This document shows positions 56,329-64,000 of a DNA stretch of 64,000 nt, piece after piece. Made by a program: the position numbers and the translations under genes. Origin of the DNA: Blastocatellia bacterium (GTDB lineage Bacteria > Acidobacteriota > Blastocatellia > UBA7656); assembly GCA_963765495.1 (NCBI GenBank), contig CAVXWP010000009.1, forward strand, positions 384,001 to 448,000, read 5' to 3'. The notes below the pieces were generated by a model. It did no database searches. It saw only the letters and a program-made list of their open reading frames with translations, and was not told the origin of the DNA. The first letter of the stretch is position 1. Each line of letters begins with the position of its first letter.

Positions 56329-57606
56329 TCACTCTGCTTTCAAGGTTATATGCGTGATCTCAGGCGGCGCATTGATACGAACAGGCGGGCCGGTCGTCCC
56401 CAATCCCCGATTGACGTAGAGATGGGAATCGCCTATCTTAAACAGCCCCGCTATAAACATCGTCGCAAGTTTGGCCGGCGCTATTATAAAATCACCAAAC
56501 GTAAGCGCTATCTGACCGCCGTGTGTGTGGCCCGATAAAGTAAGATGAATACCGGCCCTTGCCGCCTGCGGAAAGACATCCGGCGAATGCGAAAGCAACA
56601 GCGTAGTCCCTTCAAGAGAGATGCCCTTTAGCGCCTGACCAAGCGCATTCGGCCCTTCTCTTGTGCCTATATAATCAACGCCGATGACGTTGAGGCGGGC
56701 TGTGCCTACCTCGATTATCTCATTTTTGTTTCTCAGCAATTTGAACCCGGCAGCGGTAAATCCGCGAGCAAGGTCGGATTCGGAGGAGCTAAACATATCG
56801 TGATTTCCGAGGCATCCGAAGACGCCGCGTCGGGCTCGCAGATTAGAGGCTGCTCTCATAAACGGCGGCACCTGCTCCTTCTTGGTGGCGACGTAATCGC
56901 CCGTCAGGGCCACCAGGTCGGGCGAGAGGCTGTTGGCAATGCTTACATACTCGTTCATCTGCGACTCCGACATAAAGAGCCCCGAATGCAGATCGCTCAA
57001 CTGCACGATTGTAAAGCCGTCGAGGTCGGGTGAGAGTCCGGGCACGGGTACGACGATTTTTTCAACCACCTTGCGGGACCGGGCCGCGACCGCTCCATAA
57101 GCAGAGACGGCAAACGGCATTGAAGCCATCGCCATAAGCGCCATCTGTAAGAACCGCCTGCGAGACAGATCGAAAACCTCGATGGTCGTAGCGGTCTCCT
57201 GGTCGGCCCCCCTTTTTCTGAAAAACTGCGCAGCGGCAAATATGGCCATTGCAACGGGCGCGGCGGCGGCGAAAAGGAAAGAACCAAAGGTCCAGACGAA
57301 AAACGTGTATGCAAACGGGCGTATCAGCGCTTCATATTGCGGCGGCGGCGAGTATATAAAAACCTGGCGAGGATTGAACAGCCCTTCGATCATAAAAGCG
57401 ATGAGCGGGATGTTCAGTATTACGATCAAGCCGATGGCCGAGGCGATAAGGGCTCTCTCTCTGCGCCGCTCAAGCGTCATCGAGCGAATTATGCGAACAA
57501 AAGCGCGAAGAACATACAATTGAACCGAGGCCAGCAGCAAAGCAAAAACCAGCCTCGCGACCACTACTAAAAACTCTCTGCTTATCAAACCGAACAACTC
57601 TGCCAT
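56329..57606 (-). CDS. Membrane-anchored calcineurin-like metallophosphoesterase (YkuE/YaeI-like)
   Basis: SDLH, TGD, GNHD, SHSP, GHTHGGQ, NRGLG. Confidence 0.92.
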   Translation of the reverse strand: MAELFGLISREFLVVVARLVFALLLASVQLYVLRAFVRIIRSMTLERRRERALIASAIGLIVILNIPLIAFMIEGLFNPRQVFIYSPPPQYEALIRPFAYTFFVWTFGSFLFAAAAPVAMAIFAAAQFFRKRGADQETATTIEVFDLSRRRFLQMALMAMASMPFAVSAYGAVAARSRKVVEKIVVPVPGLSPDLDGFTIVQLSDLHSGLFMSESQMNEYVSIANSLSPDLVALTGDYVATKKEQVPPFMRAASNLRARRGVFGCLGNHDMFSSSESDLARGFTAAGFKLLRNKNEIIEVGTARLNVIGVDYIGTREGPNALGQALKGISLEGTTLLLSHSPDVFPQAARAGIHLTLSGHTHGGQIALTFGDFIIAPAKLATMFIAGLFKIGDSHLYVNRGLGTTGPPVRINAPPEITHITLKAE

Positions 57607-57714
57607 TACTTGCGTGCCTGCCCTACTTCCTTTGACTCTCGCGGCCTTGATCCGCTTCTTTCATGATAAGGGGTGGCGGCCATCCATCCAAGTCTAATTA
57701 ATGAAGCGCAAATA

Positions 57715-57771
57715 TTGACAGGATTTTCAGGATTCAATAGGGTTAAAAGAGAATCCTGAAAATCCTGTCAA
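57715..57771. repeat. Perfect 21-bp inverted repeat (REP-like) in a divergent promoter region
   Basis: TTGACAGGATTTTCAGGATTC-N15-GAATCCTGAAAATCCTGTCAA. Confidence 0.85.
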
Positions 57772-57895
57772 AAAGATGGCTCGACTTACTTTGGAGTGCC
57801 CGGCTTGACAGCGCCAATTTCAGCTATATAGATTACTTCTTCCGAAATTCAAACGGCTCCACTACTGGCAACAACTCAAAGAAGGAGTATAGAGC

Positions 57896-59170
57896 ATGAA
57901 CAAGAGGCCGACGCTTGCGCTTGCGGCGCTGCTGGTAATTGCTTCCGCGTCTTTCATATCAGGCGCAAAGACGGTCGTAGTGACCGCGCAAAAGAGACAG
58001 ATCGTTTACGTCTGCCCTATGGACAAGGACGTAAAATCGAAGACCCCCGGCAAATGTCCCAAATGCGGCATGACCTTAAAGGAAGCAAATGAAGCTGATT
58101 TGAAAGCTCCGCCGAGCGCCGAGACTGAAAAGCGAGACGGTCCCGTAACAAGCATGAAAATACCTGATGTGACGGTTTATGATCAGGACGGGAAACAACT
58201 GCATTTCTACAGCGATCTGGTTCGGGGAAAGACCGTAGCAATCAATTTCATATTCACTACCTGCACGACTATCTGCCCGCCGCTTACGGCTACATTTCGC
58301 AAAGTGCAACAGGAACTGGGCAACGACGGGGGCCGCGATGTGAGGTTGATTTCCGTAAGCGTTGATCCTGCCAATGATGTCCCGGAAAGGCTGAAAGCTT
58401 TCGCAGCCGCCTTTGGGGCCGAGCCGGGCTGGAGCTTCGTCACGGGCAATAAACTCGATATAGATCGGCTGCTGAAGGCGCTGGGCGCGTTCGTCGGAGA
58501 CAAAAACGATCATACGCCTATGATCCTTGTGGGAAATGAGAAGGCGGGTTACTGGACCCGCACATACGGGCTTGCCGCGCCAGCGACGCTTATCAGGATA
58601 ATCAACGAAGCGGCTGACAAGACTGCTGCCGAACCTGCCGAGCCCGCCTCTTCAAATCAGAGCGCGAAAGCCAAAACGCCCGCCGATGTAGCGGCAGAAT
58701 ATTTCCCCGACATGGAATTGCTGACTCAGGAAAACAAACCTGTTCATTTCTTTGATGATCTGCTAAAAGGCAAAACGGTCCTGGTAAATTTCGCCTTCAC
58801 AACCTGTACGGGCGTCTGCCCGCCTATGACCGCCAACCTCGCAAAGGTTCAGACGCTTCTCGGAGACCGCGTAGGCCGCGACATAAACATGATCACCATC
58901 AGCGTTGATCCAGTTACCGATACGCCCGACGAGATGAAGAAATTCGCTCAAAAATTCAATGTGAAACCGGGCTGGTATTTTCTGACCGGCAGGAAAGAAC
59001 TCGTGGATCAATTAGCCTACAAACTGGGCGGCTATGTCGAGGATAAAAACCAGCACACCAACATCCTTATCATCGGCAACGTAGAGACGGGCGAATGGGC
59101 AAAGGTCTTTGCTATGTCCCCACCCGATCAGATTGTAGCCGAAGTCAAAAAAATTTCCCCCGACAGGTAA
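57896..59170 (+). CDS. Exported protein with a heavy-metal-binding motif and two SCO1/SenC domains
   Basis: YVCPM..CPKCGM; FTTCTTICP..NDHT; FTTCTGVCP..NQHT. Confidence 0.88.
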   Translation: MNKRPTLALAALLVIASASFISGAKTVVVTAQKRQIVYVCPMDKDVKSKTPGKCPKCGMTLKEANEADLKAPPSAETEKRDGPVTSMKIPDVTVYDQDGKQLHFYSDLVRGKTVAINFIFTTCTTICPPLTATFRKVQQELGNDGGRDVRLISVSVDPANDVPERLKAFAAAFGAEPGWSFVTGNKLDIDRLLKALGAFVGDKNDHTPMILVGNEKAGYWTRTYGLAAPATLIRIINEAADKTAAEPAEPASSNQSAKAKTPADVAAEYFPDMELLTQENKPVHFFDDLLKGKTVLVNFAFTTCTGVCPPMTANLAKVQTLLGDRVGRDINMITISVDPVTDTPDEMKKFAQKFNVKPGWYFLTGRKELVDQLAYKLGGYVEDKNQHTNILIIGNVETGEWAKVFAMSPPDQIVAEVKKISPDR

Positions 59171-59226
59171 TTACACTTAAGATTTGAGATTTGGGATTTT
59201 GATTCTTGGGGTCCCGAACAGCCCGG

Positions 59227-60237
59227 CTATTTCTCAAGCTTCTTCATAAGATCGCCGATCCTGTTTGAAAGCGAACCGCCGCGCAAGCCTACGGCGCGTA
59301 TTATCCCATCCTGATCTATCAAGACCGTATGAGGTATTCCCGGCACATTGTAAAGCTGCGCGATTCTAGCGCTTCGCCCGCCCGCATCGTAATACTGCGG
59401 CCAGGTTAGCCCTTCCTCGGTTACGTAGGATTCAAACGCTTCGACAGTCCGGTCCAGGTTGACTCCGATGATGACGAAACGGTCGCCGCCGTATTTGGTC
59501 CATATCTTTTTGACCTCCGGCATCTCCTGTCGGCACGGCCCGCACCAGCTTGCCCAGAAATCGAGCAACACGATCTTGCCCTTGAGCTTTTCAAGCGAAA
59601 GCTCTTTACCTTCGCTCGATTTTACCGAGAAAGTGGGAGCGAAGTTTGCCCCCGCCATAGCGGGATTTGCAATCATTGCCCGCGCCTGATTTGCCTTGCT
59701 CGATGAAGGGTCCAGTTCGAGAAATTGTTTCAAAACGGCTATGGCTTCATCGTTTCTGCCCAGTTTGATGAGTACGTGACCGAGATTGTAATAAGCCGTG
59801 GGCATCCCTTTCGAGTCGAGTTCGATAGCGCGTTTCAAAGCCGACTCCGCTTCGGGGAGCGATTTCTTGTCGTCGAGCAAAAACAGCGATGCGCCAAGCG
59901 CGTTATCGAGCGCCGCCTCATTTTTAGGTTTGAGCGCAACGGCCTGACGAAACGCGTCGGCGGCATTCTTGTAACTGGCCATCTGAAAATAGACCTGCCC
60001 CATCATCTGGAAGCACTCGGCGCATTGATCGTTACGCAATTTGGCGGCCTTCTCAAACTCCTTGATCGCGCCCTCGGGATCGCCGTTGCGGGCAAGCACG
60101 CGCCCCTGATCAAAGACTCGCTGCCATTCTTCACCCGACTCAAGCGCAGGGTTTCTGAATGTGTCCTGCGCCGCGGCCTCCGAAACTGCGAAAATCGCTA
60201 TAATGATTGCCAGATAAAAGCGCGCGTATTTGCTCAT
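59227..60237 (-). CDS. Exported TPR plus TlpA/redoxin-domain protein
   Basis: Signal peptide, TPRs, DFWASWCGPC, GIPHTVLID. Confidence 0.9.
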   Translation of the reverse strand: MSKYARFYLAIIIAIFAVSEAAAQDTFRNPALESGEEWQRVFDQGRVLARNGDPEGAIKEFEKAAKLRNDQCAECFQMMGQVYFQMASYKNAADAFRQAVALKPKNEAALDNALGASLFLLDDKKSLPEAESALKRAIELDSKGMPTAYYNLGHVLIKLGRNDEAIAVLKQFLELDPSSSKANQARAMIANPAMAGANFAPTFSVKSSEGKELSLEKLKGKIVLLDFWASWCGPCRQEMPEVKKIWTKYGGDRFVIIGVNLDRTVEAFESYVTEEGLTWPQYYDAGGRSARIAQLYNVPGIPHTVLIDQDGIIRAVGLRGGSLSNRIGDLMKKLEK

Positions 60238-60261
60238 GACGACTCCTTGCCCGTAAAAACC

Positions 60262-60882
60262 TCAATTCAATTTCAACTCTATTTTCGATTTGGACTGTTT
60301 CGCGTTTAACCGTTCGACGCTCAGCGCCAGACCCGATTCACCAGCCGTTTCCGGGAGCACTTTGAAGAATATCATTCCCTGCCGCGACTCTCCAGACTCA
60401 AGCGGGGATTTTGTGTCCAGCGCGTATGAAGCGAAATCCTCCCGCGCTTGTCTGTACCCGGATTTTGTGTAAGTAGAGATGTCGTAAAAAGAGATTAACT
60501 GTTTGTAGGCGCTACGGGCATCCTTCGATTTAAACTCTTTGCCGCCCGAGGTCTTGATTCTGAACTTTGCTTTATTCAAAGAGATCGATTCCTGACTTTC
60601 GTTAGTCAGTTTCACCCGCACCGGCAAAAGGCCCGCCAGAATCAGGTTCGCGTCAAAGGTAGCGTAAAGAAAGTCTTCATCCGTTACGGGCTCGGCCTGA
60701 ATCCTTACGCCGTCAATCTGCGTCTGGTCGCCTGAGGAAATCTCAGCCTGCGGAACTTCAGGCCGTGGCTTTACGTTGAAGGGCTTTCCGCCGCATCCGG
60801 CAAGCGAAAGGACTGCAAACCCCGCAAACCCCGCGACCAAAATCCCGAGGACTTTCGATACCAACTCTTTGAATGAATGCAT
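60262..60882 (-). CDS. Hypothetical lipoprotein
   Basis: Lipobox LAGC. Confidence 0.75.
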   Translation of the reverse strand: MHSFKELVSKVLGILVAGFAGFAVLSLAGCGGKPFNVKPRPEVPQAEISSGDQTQIDGVRIQAEPVTDEDFLYATFDANLILAGLLPVRVKLTNESQESISLNKAKFRIKTSGGKEFKSKDARSAYKQLISFYDISTYTKSGYRQAREDFASYALDTKSPLESGESRQGMIFFKVLPETAGESGLALSVERLNAKQSKSKIELKLN

Positions 60883-61073
60883 CAGGGTGATGCTAAAGCC
60901 CCAGGCTCACGAGTGTCAACTTGCGGCCCGCGCCGACGGTGTGCTAATTTTGTCTTTTTCTGAAGAACCGTCGAGCCGGGATATACAGGCTAAGGAATAA
61001 AGTAGAAGCAATACCCTTCAAATCTTTCCCTTCCCCTTAACATCCCCGTCGGCAGAGCAAGAGAGAAGATATT

Positions 61074-61613
61074 ATGATCAGGTCTTTCAAAGGCATCGAG
61101 CCGAAAGTGGCCGCCACTGCCTTCATAGAAGCGAGCGCGCAGATAGTCGGTGACGTGGAAATTGGCGAGCATTCGAGCGTGTGGTTCAACTGCGTCATTC
61201 GCGGAGACGTTTTTCACATCCGCATAGGACACAGCACCAACATCCAGGACGGCACGGTCATCCACGTGACCAACGGTCGCTTCCCCACCATCATAGGCAA
61301 TTACGTCACCGTAGGTCACGGCGTGATGCTCCACGGCTGCACGATCAAGGATCGGTCGCTCATCGGCATCGGTTCGATAATTCTGGATGATGTCACAGTG
61401 GGCGAGGAATCTTTTATCGCAGCCGGGTCGCTCGTGACGCCGGGGACGGTCATACCGCCGCGCTCTATGGTGATGGGCTCTCCCGCCCGCGTGCGCCGGG
61501 AAGTCACCCCGGAAGAACTTGCCCGCATAGATCAACACTGGAAACACTACATCGAATACAAAAACAACTACCTGGGCGATGTAAATCAGAAATTCAAAAA
61601 GATTGACGCATAA
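61074..61613 (+). CDS. Gamma-carbonic-anhydrase-like protein (YrdA/PaaY family)
   Basis: IVGDV, VIRGD, NIQDGTVIH, VGHGVMLHGC hexapeptide repeats. Confidence 0.92.
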   Translation: MIRSFKGIEPKVAATAFIEASAQIVGDVEIGEHSSVWFNCVIRGDVFHIRIGHSTNIQDGTVIHVTNGRFPTIIGNYVTVGHGVMLHGCTIKDRSLIGIGSIILDDVTVGEESFIAAGSLVTPGTVIPPRSMVMGSPARVRREVTPEELARIDQHWKHYIEYKNNYLGDVNQKFKKIDA

Positions 61614-61614
61614 G

Positions 61615-61699
61615 GCGTGAAGTGAAGCGCGATGCGTGAAGCGTGATCTGTGATCGGAGCAGCAGGGCTTTAAGAGAATAGTTCACGCATCACGGATCT
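61615..61699. repeat. Degenerate GTGA(T/A)GC heptamer inverted-repeat element
   Basis: GCGTGAAGTGAAGCGCGATGCGTGAAGCGTGATCTGTGATC...TTCACGCATCACGGATC. Confidence 0.6.
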
Positions 61700-61709
61700 C
61701 TGTCTAGTT

Positions 61710-62975
61710 ATGATAAGCAAAGTTCGCGGCACACAGGATATTTTGCCCGCGCGATTCACCCGTAAGGTTGACGCGCAGATCGAACGATGGCACAGGGTCG
61801 AAGACGTGGCTCGCGAGGCGTTTCGCCGGTACGGGTTTGCGGAGATTCGCACGCCCATAATCGAGCGCACCGAACTGTTTGAACGCGGCGTCGGGACCGA
61901 AACCGATGTGAACAAGGAGATGTACACATTCGAAGATCATGGCGAGATGATCTCGCTCCGCCCCGAATCGACCGCCTCGGTCGTACGCGCGTACATCGAA
62001 CACGGTCTGTTTACTCAGGCGGGCCTTGTAAAACTCTTCTACATCGGGCCGCAGTTCCGGCGCGAGCGGCCACAGAAAGGGCGTTACCGGCAGTTCGCGC
62101 AGATAGGCGTGGAAGTGCTCGGGCAGAGCGACGACCCGGCCATCGAAGCCGAAGTGATTGAAATGCTCGACTGGTACTTGAAAGAACTGGGCATCACCGG
62201 GACCGAGCTTTTGATCAACTCGATAGGCGATGAAAACTGTCGCCCGGCTTATATCGCTACGCTCAAAGAGGCTATAAAAGAACGATTGCCGCATCTGTGC
62301 GGCAACTGTAGGCAGCGATATGAAACCAATCCTTTGCGGGTGCTCGACTGCAAGGTCGAAAGCTGCCAGCCTTATTTGAACCAACTGCCCGTGATAGCCG
62401 ACATGTTGTGCGATGCGTGCCGCGAGCATTACGGGCGATTCCGCGCCTATCTCGATGAGCGAGGAATCGGCTACACGCTTGCGCCGAGACTCGTACGTGG
62501 ATTGGATTATTACAGCCGGACCGCGTTTGAGATTATAGGAAACCAGTTGGGCGCGCAGAACACGATAGTCGGCGGAGGTCGTTACGATGGATTGTCCGAG
62601 ATGCTTGGCGGGCCTCCCACAAAAGGATTCGGCTTCGCATTTGGAATCGAGCGGATGGTAATGAGCCTGCCCGAAGAGAGCGCGGCGGCCAGGAGCGAAG
62701 CGCCCTCGGCCTATATCGCTTACATCGGAGACGAGGCGCGCAATCACTCGTTTGCGCTCGCTCGCCGGTTGCGCAAAGCGGGGGTGAGCGTTGTGGTCGA
62801 TCTTGAGAATCGCAAACTCAGGAAATCGCTCGCCATCGCAAACAGTCTCGGCGCTCGGCATTCGATCATCGTCGGAGAAGACGAGATAAAAAGTGGTAGC
62901 TACAAGCTGCGCGATATGGCGACCGGCGAACAGAAAAGTTTAGGAGAGGCGGAACTGATCGCTACACTGAAATGA
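61710..62975 (+). CDS. hisS: Histidine-tRNA ligase
   Basis: [49 protein letters not shown]. Confidence 0.98.
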   Translation: MISKVRGTQDILPARFTRKVDAQIERWHRVEDVAREAFRRYGFAEIRTPIIERTELFERGVGTETDVNKEMYTFEDHGEMISLRPESTASVVRAYIEHGLFTQAGLVKLFYIGPQFRRERPQKGRYRQFAQIGVEVLGQSDDPAIEAEVIEMLDWYLKELGITGTELLINSIGDENCRPAYIATLKEAIKERLPHLCGNCRQRYETNPLRVLDCKVESCQPYLNQLPVIADMLCDACREHYGRFRAYLDERGIGYTLAPRLVRGLDYYSRTAFEIIGNQLGAQNTIVGGGRYDGLSEMLGGPPTKGFGFAFGIERMVMSLPEESAAARSEAPSAYIAYIGDEARNHSFALARRLRKAGVSVVVDLENRKLRKSLAIANSLGARHSIIVGEDEIKSGSYKLRDMATGEQKSLGEAELIATLK

Positions 62976-63018
62976 GTCGGGTTCGAGGAGTGGGCGAAAG
63001 TTTTTCGACATTACGATT

Positions 63019-64000
63019 ATGCTAGACAAACTTGGCAACTTGAAACGCACACATTTTCCGGGGGAGTTGAGACCGGAGCACGCAGGAGAGAACGTGACCT
63101 TGATGGGCTGGGTCCACGGTCGTCGCGATTTCGGCCCGCTCACCTTTATTGACCTGCGCGACCGCGAAGGGCTTGTGCAGATCGTATTCGACGAAGACAA
63201 GAATCCCGAACCGCATCGCCGCGCCAAAGAAGTGCGGAATGAGTACGTGATTGCGGTAATCGGCAAAGTCGTCATGCGCGACAAAGACAAGATCAATGCC
63301 AAGATCAAGACCGGGCGCATAGAGGTCATCGCAAAAGAGTTGTATGTGCTAAACGATGCGAAGACCCCGCCCTTCGAGATTGATGCTCCGAGGGCGAGCG
63401 AAGACATACGCCTCAAATACCGCTATCTCGATCTGAGGCGCGCGAAGATGCAGAACAATATACGCCTCCGTCATCGCGCGGCGCTTGCCGTCCGGCGGTA
63501 TCTGGACGACCGTGGATTTTATGAAATCGAGACGCCGATGATGATCAAGTCTACGCCCGAGGGAGCGCGAGACTACATCGTGCCGAGCCGTTTGTCGCCG
63601 GGTGATTTTTATGCGCTGCCGCAGTCGCCTCAGATATTCAAACAGTTGTTGATGGTTTCGGGCTTCGATAAATATTTCCAGATCGTGCGCTGTTTCCGCG
63701 ACGAAGATTTGCGCGCAGACCGACAGCCGGAATTCACCCAGATAGACATCGAGATGAGCTTTGTTCAACCCGAAGATGTCTTTAAGACGCTTGAGCCGAT
63801 GATGGCCGAAATCTTCAAGTTGATAGATGTCAAGATAGACCTCCCGTTTCCGCGAATGACATACGCCGAGGCCATGCGCCGTTACGGAAGCGACAAGCCC
63901 GATACCCGCTACGGTATGGAGTTGATAGACCTGTCAGAGACTTTCGCCGAAACCGAGTTTGCGCCCTACAGGACCGCGCTCGATCAATCCGGGCAGGTCA
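63019..64000 (+). CDS. aspS: Aspartate-tRNA ligase, 5' part; runs off the right edge
   Basis: Not in the ORF track. Hand translation [66 protein letters not shown]. Confidence 0.97.
   Translation, partial: MLDKLGNLKRTHFPGELRPEHAGENVTLMGWVHGRRDFGPLTFIDLRDREGLVQIVFDEDKNPEPHRRAKEVRNEYVIAVIGKVVMRDKDKINAKIKTGRIEVIAKELYVLNDAKTPPFEIDAPRASEDIRLKYRYLDLRRAKMQNNIRLRHRAALAVRRYLDDRGFYEIETPMMIKSTPEGARDYIVPSRLSPGDFYALPQSPQIFKQLLMVSGFDKYFQIVRCFRDEDLRADRQPEFTQIDIEMSFVQPEDVFKTLEPMMAEIFKLIDVKIDLPFPRMTYAEAMRRYGSDKPDTRYGMELIDLSETFAETEFAPYRTALDQSGQV

Noticed and set aside
57140-57175. Internal SRRRFL twin-arginine-like motif in the metallophosphoesterase
   Set aside because: Such motifs are common in YkuE-like phosphoesterases and are not distinctive enough to report.

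Overview
Bacterial chromosomal segment, most likely from an Acidobacteriota (Blastocatellia-like) genome. That call is an inference from the PadR plus duplicated-orphan-permease (ADOP) pair, zinc-ribbon/'SVTEHTT' membrane proteins and orphan BMC vertex genes. Housekeeping genes (gatB, typA, serA-like/serC/DUF1015, rlmN, hisS, partial aspS) are mixed with transporters (ADOP permeases, a molybdate/tungstate ABC system, ABC-2 exporter, RND, MFS, MscS), envelope enzymes, a satellite microcompartment locus and a 1628-aa DUF4011-helicase-nuclease (Hhe-like) gene. I saw no rRNA, tRNA, CRISPR array, integrase or transposase. The most striking unexplained signal is non-coding. (1) A family of CAGGG-ended miniature inverted-repeat elements has about 8 copies with variable interiors; two of them bracket the mod operon. 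(2) Several families of heptamer-array inverted-repeat elements sit on or next to stop codons; two same-orientation copies tightly bracket the Hhe-like defence gene like a cassette. Other highlights are a ModC-LMW-phosphatase fusion, an encapsulation-peptide/Cys-motif protein beside two BMC-P genes and an FHA-GAF-HD-GYP gene, two sigma54 promoters, ECF-type promoters, and two small ORFs missing from the ORF track. All family calls come from motif recognition by eye; no database searches were run.
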